Shown here in pieces: positions 52,301 through 64,000 of a stretch of 64,000 nt of DNA (positions are counted from its first letter, which is position 1; each line of letters begins with the position of its first letter). The notes below the pieces were generated by a model. That model was given only the letters and a program-made list of their open reading frames with translations. It was not told the DNA's origin and did no database searches. The stretch is from Ophelia neglecta (lineage: Eukaryota), in the NCBI GenBank assembly GCA_965285935.1, contig OZ260662.1:25234001-25298000 (forward strand), given 5' to 3'. A program made the position numbers and the translations under genes.

Positions 52301-54029
52301 GTTTATATAATTATGGTTTTAATACATTTTAGAAGTAAGTTATTTTGGAAAGGATCCACGTTTTCTGGTTTATTCCCGAAAGATATTGCATGCATATTTT
52401 ATATAAAATATAAATTCACGGAAGGACGCGTTCAATGAGCAATACAATTAATAGTGGGAAAGGGTTTCGTCTTCAACGCCACATCGACTTAGGGGAGGGA
52501 CGATTATAATAATTATACAGTTTGGCTTAATGGGGGATACGTTATTACATCGGCATCCTGATGCATGGGTTGCGACGTCGCAGAAGAACATGATTTAAGA
52601 ATAGTTAACATTAATCTCTTCCAGCCAGGAGAGGGAGGTTTCTTGACAGTGAACACCGACGAAGGGGATAGGCCGGTAACAAAAACACAGTAGAACTGAG
52701 ATGTTTCGTTGTTTTATACTAAGACAAATATTTGCTATCAAAACTGGTTCTACCTCGGAATTGTAATAAATAAACAGTATGACCGGCCCCTATGCCTTCT
52801 CGGTCCTTGAGAATTGGAGTCATGTAGCCAGGAAGTATTATGAGGAACTAGGGGTAGTAGCGCTGAGCCAAGTTATGAAGAAATAACATCATTTTTATAG
52901 TGTGACACACAGGAGCATAGGTGATCATATCATATTAATTCAATTAAGTAAGACTCATGTGTGAATTTCAGTTTTATTTTTACTCACATGGCAAGCAGTA
53001 ACGACGATGTGCATTCCAGCGATTGATACCATCAACAGTCCGGGAAGTATCATATAGGAAAAGACTGAAAAACAATTCAGTATGCAATAAAGCAGCATCA
53101 TAAGATTTAAATCACGGCATATTATGCTGATTTCAGTCCATCTGCTACTTTAATTTAGACATTTCATTTATGTAATTGTGAATATGGCTTTTATTTATTT
53201 ATAAAAGTTTGTATGGGTTCTGTTCTTAATTGAACAAGCAGGTTCGCTTATTATCGTTTATAAAGTCAAACTTACTCCCTTCTTGTGCAAACATCAACAT
53301 CAATATCCCAGGAATAAAGAAAGCACTGTAATTATTTCAAGAAAATTTTATATAAAGATAAGGTAGAGTTTGTTTTATTAGGCGTTTTAAAGGGGAAAAA
53401 ATATTGACAAACATGACAGTGATTATGCAACAACGGTGAAGGTATTTGGACAGGGTTCGATACTGAATATAAAGAGGCCAAATGAAAATAGAATTGACGG
53501 TTTTGGATCTCATTTCAATTATAACCGGTGCTCTGCTCGGAAAAAAAATAGATACCGAATAAATAGTTTTTTATACAGTGAAAAAATAAAAAAGCACAAG
53601 TATTTATAATCGATTGAAACTCGACTGAGATGCTTAACCATTATAATTTTAGAGCAAACAATTTTGTACTTTCACATTCCACCAACACTATTATAAGATC
53701 ACTTACATTGCGGATGCTCTGGTTATCCAGAATCCGTATCGGTCAAAGATCAACCCAATGGGGAAGGAACTTGCTTGACATGCGGCGCTGGATAGGCTGA
53801 AGCATAAACTGAACATTCTGTCTGCCTCAGCGCACAAAAGGTCGGCCGACTCAGTCCCGTTATTCAGTTCAACTCTCGTCGAGTTCTGACACAGATGAGA
53901 GAAAACACCGGCTTTCTGGTACAACAACACCAGGTTTGGCCACCCGACAAAGATGGCGCCGAACGAAACACATTCTACAAATCCCAAAACTAAGGATGTG
54001 ATGACTTTTTCTAGGTTCCTGGTGGCCAT
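49368..54029 (-). pseudogene. SLC43A3: SLC43A3-like copy D: full-length but with two disabling lesions (young pseudogene)
   Basis: Exons: 54029-53707, 53325-53276, 53064-52988, 52195-52103, 51952-51763, 51527-51336, 50774-50673, 50430-50236, 49896-49779, 49523-49368. Exon 8 is 195 nt (1-nt deletion at 50378/9: GGCAGAGCTT vs GGCAGAGACTT in C and E). The intron-4 donor reads AT instead of GT (52102-52101). Confidence 0.8.
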
Positions 54030-54802
54030 TTTTATTACTTAATATAATGATACATTGGTTTTTATTTTTTGAAGCGATCTGAAATAAATAAAGGGCTTAG
54101 CTATATAAAGGTATGGACAAAATTATTCGTGAGTATTTCCTGTTGATTAATGGGATTTATTTTTCAAATGTGTAGCAGGTGGTCCATGCATGTTAGTTAT
54201 ATCAAAAGACAAGGCAATAAATATCACCATTTCTATTTTTGGAAGCGAACTGAAATAAATAAAAGGTCTTAGCTGTATAAGTGTCAAATGCTTAGCAGGT
54301 GGTTCATGCATGTCAGTTTCATCTATAGGCAAGGCAATATATATCACCATGTATATAGAGGCCCACTTTTGCCGGGGTTCGATTTAAATATTTTAACTTT
54401 TATTTCCAGACTAGCTGATTATTGGAATATTTCCTTTTTGTTAATGAAACTAAATTATTCCTGCCGGCTTTAACTGTTTCGATCAATCATGTATCTCTAA
54501 ATTGGCTAATATTCAAATTATTCAATCGTTAAATGTAATTCGTCATAAATATGATTTAATATATTCAAGAAACATATAGTTGGTAATTTTTGCCACATAT
54601 AGAGTGAAATCTATCTGGAGTGTTAAAGGTCGATGCGCTAGTTCGCGTTTCGTTACGTGCCCGACGTTATCAGTGCATGTATTCTACCTGTCATTTAGTT
54701 ACAGAGACTTTTTACATATAGAAAATTACCTTCAACAGTGGTCCTTTTTTCCCTAAATATGGCCAAGAGGGTCGAACGTGAATATGCACCTATACCCGCG
54801 AA

Positions 54803-54806
54803 AGAC

Positions 54807-54855
<49 letters not shown>

Positions 54856-54997
54856 CAGAGACAGAGAGACAGAGACAGAGAGAGAAAGAGAGAGTGAGAC
54901 AGACAGACAGACAGTTAGACAGACAGACAGAGAGAGACAGAGAGAGACAGAGAGAGACAGAGAGAGGTACAGAGAGACAGAGAGGGACAGAGGGACT
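54803..54997. repeat. Compound microsatellite (GA)n/(GACA)n/(GAGACA)n
   Basis: Directly visible; the homologous site upstream of copy C (~47675-47703) has only a short GA run. Confidence 0.97.
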
Positions 54998-56416
54998 GAC
55001 TGCTGGCTTATCAGGCATGCATGATATTATAAACCTAACAAAACATGCTTAACGGAACTCAGCACATGCTCAGCAAGAACTGGGGAAATGCGATTCATTG
55101 GTAAAACAGTAACATCCTGTTACAACAAAATTATGTCTTCTATATAGGTGCATTTCTCGTAAAACTCCTGAGTACCAGTGTAATCACCCTAGGATTAATC
55201 ATTCGCACTACAATAATGGCAGTGTGCATTTTGTCGTTTTGCCTAAGATTGGCCTTTTTGGCCAGTCTATCTTTTACTATGTTGATGCCAAACTATGGAA
55301 TAATTTGGCAGTGAATATTTAATCTTCAACTGAAACATCCCAATTAAAATTCAGTCTGAAAGGCTAGTATATGAATCGCATGCCTCGTAGTGAATGGTCG
55401 GATTTGAATTTTTATAGTCTTTATGCGATGTCGCACATGTTTGTGATATATTTATTTGATTCGGCATAATGCAGAGTCAGTCGAAAATTTGTATATTTAT
55501 GGAAACACGTTTTTTCCAAAATGATTGATTGCAATTGTTTTTTCACATTTACAAAATTGTATTTTTTCACATTTGGAAAATGCGCTTCCTCTGAATCCTG
55601 TGACTGAATCTCTTTGTATCTTTAATACTTTTTCTTTTTCTTATGTTACATAATAATGCCATTATTAAGTTATTATTTTCGGAAATATGTCTATATACAT
55701 GTATTGAATCTCCAATATTTTTCATTGATCGCATTACTGTTAATTTATAATTCTAAGTGTATGACCCAGTCTGGAGGCCCATTCCCCTTCTTAATTTAGT
55801 TGGAACAGTGGACAATATGACATTATCATTCTGTTGTACTAGGTTGGTTTTCAAATTATTTCGTTGCATTTTCGACACAGGCACAATCAATTTATTTTGA
55901 ACTAAATTGGAAAGTATGCTTGAGTGTTTAAGTTTCGTCAAACACAGATTGTACGCATCTAACCCGTTCCGTCATATGGAGAAGTGAGAGCGACATATGA
56001 AAAGCTCATTGATAAAATATTCTAAACCTAATCTGCTCAATGCAGGTGTAAATATATCAAACCTGCCAAGTCCAAGTCTCTGGAGATTAGTCGCTGCATG
56101 TTTCCCCTTGTGCTCGAAGGACCAAGAGAACCAGTCATACTGTTAATTACCTTACCCCGCAGGGAACGACCATGCATTATGGAATAACACACTCGTCAAT
56201 AAGGAAAGGATACTTAGTTGCAATTGTCCCAACCTATACCGCACTATGTTATTTTCTCATTATCCAATTATGTGTTTTATTTATTTTGATATTAAGTGCT
56301 GGCTTTGATACATCTGGAAAATATGTGCTGGTGACAAGAGGAAAGTTCGCTCGTGAAGTTTGTATTGAAGTAGTATTCCCGGCACACAAGGCTAGAACAC
56401 ATTAATTCATTTCCCA

Positions 56417-57608
56417 TTGGCGGCTACTATGACCTCTAGTACTGGCAATTTTGCCAAATGTAAACTATATCTTGTTGAGCAGGCTCAGCGTGCTATGTTC
56501 TCTGTACTGAGCAGGTGTAATGCTTTAAAATTACCTATTAAAACTCGCCTAGATTTATTTGACACCATGATATTGCCTATACTCACCTATGGCTGTGAAG
56601 TTTGGGGTCACACTAATATAACTGTAATGCTTTAAAATTACCTATTAAAACTCGCCTAGATTTATTTGACACCATGATATTGCCTATACTCACCTATGGC
56701 TGTGAAGTTTGGGGTCACACTAATATAACTGTGATAGAAAGGTTACACCTTAAATATTGTAAATATGTTCTGGGCCTTAGGGCTTCCACCTGCTCTGCTA
56801 TGGTATATGGAGAAAGTGGTCGGTACCCACTTGAAGTATCTATTAAAACTAGAATGGCTGGTTTCTGGGTAAAGCTCGCCACTGGCAAGCAAAGTAAACT
56901 AAGCAGCACACTCTATAGATACGTATATCAATTATTTAATCTCGACATGTACTCGCAACCATGGTTGCTTTTTGTTAAGTCTATCTTTGAAAGCTGTGGC
57001 TGTCCTAATCTGTTTATCTCACAAGCGACATACGTCAATCCAATTTGGCTCAAACTGCACCTAAACAGGAAATTGATGGATCTTTTTATACAAGGTTGGC
57101 ATAGTGATATCTCGTCAAGGTCATATTGTTTATCATACTCTGCCTACAAGACAATGTTTAAATTTGAAAGCTATCTGGACGAATTGCCTCATAATTTGGC
57201 CATTCAATTATGTAGATTCCGCTCAAGCAATCATTGCTTGCCCATCGAGACTGGAAGGTACAAACGCACCCCTCGTCTCGAACGGCTCTGTACAGTATGT
57301 AATAGAAACTGCTTGTGCGACGAATACCATGCGTTGCTCGAATGTAATAATGATGTAATTGTGAAGCTCAGGAGGCAATACCTGCCCCCTCACTTTTGTG
57401 AACGGCCAAGTATGTTTAAATTTATTACATTAATGACTGATGCTAAATTGTCACGCAAGCTCTCAATATATATCAGAAAAATTCTTTCATTTCATTGCCT
57501 GTAAATATATTGCACATGTTAATTGTACTGATTAAGCTTGTATGTACCTATGTATGTTTCTCTGTGCTCCATGCCTCTTTGAGGCCAAGAGCTAATAAAC
57601 CAAAACCT
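56417..57608 (+). mobile_element. 5'-truncated RTE-X-like LINE (post-RT region and Cys/His motif) with an internal 107-bp tandem duplication
   Basis: LDLFDTMILPILTYGCEVWG...ERLHLKYCKYVLGL...VYGESGRYPL...FRSSNHCLPIETGRY...RLCTVC...DEYHALLEC; AATAAA at 57594; 56516-56622 is identical to 56623-56729. Confidence 0.92.
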
Positions 57609-59077
57609 TGGTATAAATTCATACATTCTAACGATTCAGCCTATATGCCGTTTAGGTGTCAACACTATTTTATCCGTTGTCCACATAAAATCAAAAATTC
57701 ATGGTAGGTTATTTGTTACAATTTTCTTCGGCAGACCAAGCTTTTTCTTAAGCAGGTCTTTTTGAAGTACCCTCTAAGTTTTTACTCGTGCGTTAAATCG
57801 TCCGTGCCGAATTGAGTTATCCTACTGGTAGCCCCCTTAACACCCCATTACGCCCCATAACCACTTTGTCATACATCATACCTTTAACGTGGCATTACTT
57901 ATCGGCGTCGTTGTCGTGTAATGAGACAATCAACAAGAACTCTGATATCGTATGTAAATATGAATGTTTCGGGTATAAATTCAACCCAACCCAATAACAC
58001 ATTAATATAATTTAAATATTTTCAACGTGCCAGGTTACATATTCATATAAAAGATGTACAAGTTAAGTAATAATACAGTAATACCTAAGCCATGGGATTA
58101 CATTATATAAATATTATGTAAATAATTCATCTTTTGAAAGATGATTTAGTAATTAAATTTCGACTGGGTGTCTTGCTGGCAAACAAACCAGAGCAACTAA
58201 ATCCTACAAAAGTCATTGTACATATTACTTATATAGAAATAAACTCAAGTATTATGCATACATACATTTTAGTAGCTCCCCATAATTGGGGTTTTCACAA
58301 CACGTACGGGAGTCCTACATCTGACAAACTAACAGTAGTGTACCCTGATGTACATATAGTATGCTTACTGGTAATATACACTGTTCATTGTTATATCATT
58401 CGTTGCAGTTTATACAAGCCTGGTCTGTAAGTGTGTTGTACTGTGTTCACTTCACGCATGATGTCCGCCGATGTCTTCGATGTATTCACAAATAAAAAAT
58501 GCGAATCACTGCTTTAATCACTTTTATGGGAGTACTTTGCTAAAAATGTCTCTTGTCACCAGAAAATGTTCACATTGCCCAGACACCTGATCACAAACCA
58601 AGTGGACTATTTTTATTTTATTAAATAAATACAAAAAAATGGGGATTAGGCATCGTTTAAGACAGTCAATAGCCTCAGTATTGGCCATTAACTGGATCCT
58701 CGGTAGCTATTTAAATGAAGACCCTGAGAAATCACTACGCTTCCCTCCATCCAGTGAATGACCAATACTTCGGCAAATCCCTACTTTGTTTTTAAGGCGC
58801 ACCTATTCAGTATATACGGCTACTGATGACCACCTAACAACTGAACAGTATCACTCTTCTTGGTTCTTCATTTATTGGCACTACTCTATGGATGCTGTCA
58901 CATATATTATGCAATAAGCTACTTCTCAGTCAACTGTCTACGAGGTGAATAAGGCAGCCAGTTGGGAAATTGGGACGGTTTACCCAATCAATCGGTTTTA
59001 ATCACATTTAGTTATTCAGTTATTTTCTATGAGAAGAGTTGGGCGGGGGATAGATCTTTCAGTATAACTTAAAATAT

Positions 59078-62007
59078 TCATAATTTTGTGGTGAACACAT
59101 GATGTATACTCTTAGTTGGTAGGCTTGAGCTTCGAATTTTGTTAGTGGTTTTGTGATATCGTTTGTAGGATACTTCGATGTAGAGAGGGAGCATTAATGT
59201 GAGAACAACCAACATTAACATAACTCCGTTTACCTGAAACATAAAAGGTATTAAATATTAATGGACACTAGTCGCCTGACTAGCCACTGGATGTATCCTG
59301 TAGATTTAGCATTCAGGCGGTGTAATGGGAGTGTTCACAGTTATAATATGTATACCACTAAATATCGTTTTTATATATAAGGAAGCAAATTAATATTTTA
59401 ACATTGCGCTTCTAAATATGATGCCCATATTGTAATTAACTTAAGTGGTGGCATAATTTTCAAACAATTATTTTCTTAATTGGACTCACCATCAGGAAAT
59501 TGTTTGATGACTCAGCCCATATATAGAAGGCATGCTGCAAAGACGCAATGGCGGCGGCCATAAGATACATTAAACCGAGACACTTTCCATATACAGCGGA
59601 GGGAAAACTAGAGGATAAAACGAAGTCAAGTTACAGAACAACTCCACACGTGGTGAGTACTCTAATTAACTAGTATGCAAACAGTGAGGCTAGCTAACAT
59701 TTTAAGACTGATATGGACATATCTAATCGATACCACTTGGATCAATAATTTGGGTTTGTGGTCGGATATCCTTCTTATTATAGAAGCCTTGGAATATAAT
59801 TAGACGAAAGAAGTAAACTTATTTCGATTTTGCCCAATATTTAAATGGCCAAATCGTTTCTAGATATTAATACTTTGACCGAACCATTGTTTTTTTCCAA
59901 CAGCCAACTGTCTTTTTTATTGTGATTTAACCCAAAAACATCGAGCTTACACGAGACTTGCGTAAACAATCACGTTTCCAAAGAGGACAGATCGCATTAA
60001 TTGAAGAAGAACCAAAGTCACATAGACCATGACGTCAGTAAAGAAGAACGCGGAAACTGAGAGCGCAATTCCTAGTGCTGATCCAAGGCAGAGACTTGGT
60101 GATATTGCTTTAGCCATTGTCAGGAACGGAATATTGCTTTCATTACCTTAGTTATAGAATAGAAAAAGTAACGAAACTGACTGAAATTATTTAATTTCGG
60201 TTACTCATGTATACATTAACACAGCTACGTGAAATACTCTTCTAGATTTTGGTGAGATTATTGAATAATAAAAACCTTACAAAATACGTCAGCAAAATAA
60301 GAGTTAAATACATTACTGTTCGTCCAATGATTATAAGCATTATTTGAAGTAAACATTTCGAAGTCGAATATGGTTTGATAGGATGGGGGAGTTAGAATAT
60401 TGATTTATATATTATATATTGCTATTGGTACTCACATACGCCTCGTTTAACAAACATATCAGTCATTATTCCTGATAGAGGTGCCGCTAGAAGACTGCCG
60501 AACGTAATGTAAGTAAACGCATTTACGTAAGAATCCACTAAAAATGCAAGAGATCCATACAGAAAATTATACAAAGGCACTGAAAAGGTAATTGTTTCTA
60601 TGCTAGCGGAACCAAGCTTGTTCATTTTTATAGTAATTTTTTATATTATACTGGATTAACTAGCCCACTAAACAAGACTGGTGCCCCCTGTAGTCTTAAG
60701 TTGGCAGCTGCAAGATGACTCTTTTGATATATATTGACCGCCTTTAAAACAACACATGTGCTGGTATTACTTATATTGTTGGAAGATCTGTGTTGCACGG
60801 TGAATTCCTTTATGCCTCTTCGCCCATGCTTTCAGCTTCAAACCCCATTAAAGGTCCTCTTTAAAATACGCAACCAGGTACTTAGATTTAGTAGTTGGCA
60901 AAGTCCCATGTTAAAATATCCTAAGCTTCAACGCCTCCTCATATACATCGTGCTCCTTACCCTGGTTCATTTTAAGTATTAAAACAGTACTTCGCTGTTT
61001 GTGAAACAAGAGGCAAATAGTTGTATTTCATACCTTGATATCAGAATTTAACATATTTTTCCCCGCGCATGCCTTATTCGTAATAAATATAGCCACTGCA
61101 TTAATTGGTTATTGAAATTAATCCCAGGTACCTCTTTGTACATCGTTGTCTGTATTGAAAGAAAGCCACGTATTCATACTACCAACGAAGAAATAGAATC
61201 GAAGATATAGCAGAGAAAACCAGACGACCATTAACCACAAATAGGGCGTCAGTAAACACGTCACAAAAGTCACTTCGTCAACAGGCTCAAGACCGACAAT
61301 ACGATTCGTAGTAAGTTTATTTGCTGCAAAGGTATCAGTCAAATGTGTTGTGTCTTAGAAAATCATTTACGAGTGCTAAGTCATTTAATGTTGTAATATC
61401 GTATTTGTAATAAATTAATCCTAAACATTCAACTAGACTATATGCCCTAGACGGGCTGGATACTAGTATCATACAGCATATAACATACTTATATTATTGT
61501 CTTTATGATCGTATGATAAATAAAATATACGTCAATTTTTTAATAAATGATATTAAGAATGAAATCTTTCGAAAATGGTTCGGCTTACATTTGCTTCCTT
61601 TTTCGGGCTCCAATCCGCCAGGACTGTTGTTTTGTTTATTTTTCTCGTCGACGATTTCCTGAAGTGATATTTTATAGCGAGGACAACAGACGAAGGTGTT
61701 GGCAATCACAATGAGCCAGGCTCCTGCCAAAAAAGCCAAGGACGCTCGATGAGTGACACCATGATTTTTATAAATCAGCTGTAAAAATCGGTGTTAAAGC
61801 ACACAAGAGAATTAAGAGAAGGCTGGCTGTGTTTTTCTATTGGAAAAGTACGGTTTAAATTGAATCTCAATAAACTTTTAAAGAATATTCAATATAATCA
61901 ATATAAATATATACCTTTAAAGCAAGAAACATAACAGTACCGGCATCGATTCCGCCATTGTAAATGGTTGTCACGGTCGCTTTCCAAGAGTGTGCCGCCA
62001 GAGGTAA
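59078..62007 (-). CDS. SLC43A3: SLC43A3/ENBT1-like MFS transporter, copy E (exons 4-10; exons 1-3 expected beyond the window)
   Basis: Exons: 62007-61915, 61778-61589, 61323-61132, 60537-60436, 60146-59951, 59607-59490, 59233-59078; all canonical and the same sizes as copy C; ends FTTKL*. Sequence 63722-64000 matches intron 3 of C/D. Confidence 0.88.
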
Positions 62008-62239
62008 CTAAAATTATTGAAAGTTTCATACGCAAGCGGAAGACAGTGATAATGTTTTCAGCACAAATGGTTTGGTAGTCTGTTTTGTGTGTGGAGATTG
62101 GTTTCTTTGTTTCAATTAATATGGTTTTAATACAATCTTGAAGTAAGTTATTTTGGAAAGGATCTATGTTTTCTGGTTCATTCTCAGAACCTATTTCCCG
62201 AAATATATCTCATACACACTTTATATATAATATGAAAGG

Positions 62240-63720
62240 TTCAAGCTCCATATGTATGTATTGGCATAAATAATAAATCATGTTATGTGTAAGGTTAATA
62301 AATATTACAACAATTAATGTGCAGTCGGATGATAAGAGCCTCGTTTGGAAGAGGCACCTAACAGTTCGGTCACCTGCAAGAAATGTGATAATCGCGCATA
62401 GCATGTGAAACACATAAGCATGACGAACTAAGCGAATGTGATGCCGTCTATTTTCAATCGCAATTATCCGTGTAAAGCACAGGTTCGCGAGACGCCAGCC
62501 CCCCACCACCTAGCCATAAAAAATAGAAGCTGGTTGTGTGGAGTCCATCGCCGTGCATCGCAGACGAGACGGGCGTTACTTTTTTTCTAATACTTTGGCC
62601 AATTCCATAGACGAATTTTCAAATAAAAGAGACCGATACTCGAGAAGAGGTCTAAGATATAAGCCATGTCAAGGCCCTTCCTATACATCTTACATTTCAC
62701 ACTTTTTAAGATATTCAGTAATTGGGTAACTTTTTTCCTGAAGTTAGAATATGGCTTACCAAGGTAGTGTATTGGTGAGTATAATTCGCAGGTACAAGTG
62801 ACACGATGTGTTTATACAAGGCGTGTCGCCGAGTAACAAATTCAAAATATGAGTGATGCGCATCCTATTAAACGGGATACATTGTGTTTTCCAATTATTG
62901 ATAAGAAGAAGTTCATAGTTGTCAGAAAAGATTGCAGAGGCTAGATTTTTTTCATGAGAACCTATAAAATAAGGGGTTATCCTCAGCAAACAGAATACAG
63001 AGCTGGATATGTCGTGTACGATGTCATTTATTATATTAGATTAGGAGGAGAAGCCCGAGAACTTACGTAGAACACACGCTGGCTTCTATCAATTAGGTAA
63101 CCACCACACCACGAGAGAGTGTCCAAATTAATGCCACAAGGTTTCAAATGATGAATAATACCCTTATGCCAGATTTTATCAAAAGCCTTAGTGAAATCGA
63201 TAAAGACTCCCATGATTTCGCGTCCAAAGTCGAGAGTTTTGTGTATCTGTACACAAATTTCGAGTAACTGATTTTCAGTGGCTTTATTCGGAATAAACCA
63301 AGGCCAGGAACAAGAATGTCGAATGTCTCTCGGTTGCTAAATGGACAAACAGCAGTCATTCGAAAACATTTGATAAGTAGCGCAATAGTGATAATGGGCG
63401 ATAATTTCTGCAGTCATGCACACTATTCTTTTAGAGAATAGGGGTGACATTGACAGATTTCCAAGAATTAGGACATTTACACTGAGATGAAGAAATATTA
63501 CATAATGATGTCAAATGTTCTGCCGGGGGCGCGGCTGACTTCGTAGAGAAAATTGCCTGTTATATCTGCATCAGTAGCATTTGATGGGTTTATTCTGTTC
63601 AGAACATATATGAATATAACTTTAGTTTGGATAAATGGTGTAATGAGAGGGACATCAGTGTTCACAAGTACTACATCGTTTGTCCCGTCCAATGAATACG
63701 GGCCAACGAAAAGATCATTT
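62240..63720 (-). mobile_element. Degraded CR1/L2-group LINE in intron 3 of copy E
   Basis: MGVFIDFTKAFDKIWHKGIIHHLKPCGINLDTLSWCGGYLIDRSQRV and PNSWKSVNVTPIL RT motifs; absent from intron 3 of C and D. Boundaries approximate. Confidence 0.88.
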
Positions 63721-64000
63721 GACAGTTGGGCTTAATGGGGGATACGTTATTACATCAGCATCCTGATGCATGGGTGGCGACGTCGGAGAAAAAAATGATT
63801 GAAGAATAGTTTTCATTAAGCTCCTTTAGCTAGCAGAAGAAGGTTTATTGCAAGGTATCACTGACGAAGGTGAGAAAGGCCGGTAATAAAGCACAGTAGC
63901 ACGGAGATGTGTCTTTGGTTTACACTAAGACAAATAATTGCTATCAAGTTGGTTCTACCTCGGAATTGTAATAAATAAACAGTAAGACCGCCCCCTATAC

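Noticed and set aside
54695-55052. ORFs 54695..55018 (-) and 54738..55052 (+)
   Set aside because: Translations of the GA/GACA microsatellite.
42263-62007. Gene-conversion mosaicism among C, D and E
   Set aside because: Sharing patterns seen by eye are equally explained by copy-specific changes; needs a formal recombination test with an outgroup.
1-64000. CRISPR arrays, rRNA, operons or other prokaryotic systems
   Set aside because: Spliceosomal introns and LINEs show eukaryotic DNA; no regularly spaced repeat-spacer array or rRNA-like segment seen.

Overview
AT-rich, intron-containing animal (invertebrate-like) genomic DNA; the ORF track mostly shows exon fragments and LINE debris. (1) At the left edge is the 5' part of a minus-strand class A GPCR with EQY in place of E/DRY. 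(2) A ~1 kb tandem duplication, one copy carrying a 5'-truncated LINE, lies just upstream of a complete 32-exon plus-strand xanthine-oxidoreductase-family molybdo-flavoenzyme gene (7163-19149, ~1320 aa by manual splicing). It has a U12-type intron 2. It keeps the Fe-S, Moco and catalytic Glu residues but has lost the XDH purine-binding Arg and the NAD+-site signatures. (3) Convergently, 2.1 kb further on, a minus-strand tandem array of SLC43A3 (ENBT1)-like nucleobase-transporter genes fills the rest of the window: intact copy A, an orphan exon, old pseudogene B, intact copy C, young pseudogene D, and copy E running off the end. Non-LTR retrotransposons and a tRNA-derived SINE-like element are interspersed. 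The main hypothesis, an inference that needs synteny, expression and biochemistry, is a heterocycle (purine/pterin) oxidation-plus-transport gene cluster with a neofunctionalised oxidase. All exon coordinates were read by hand; residue comparisons with mammalian XDH and SLC43A3 are from memory and need alignment.
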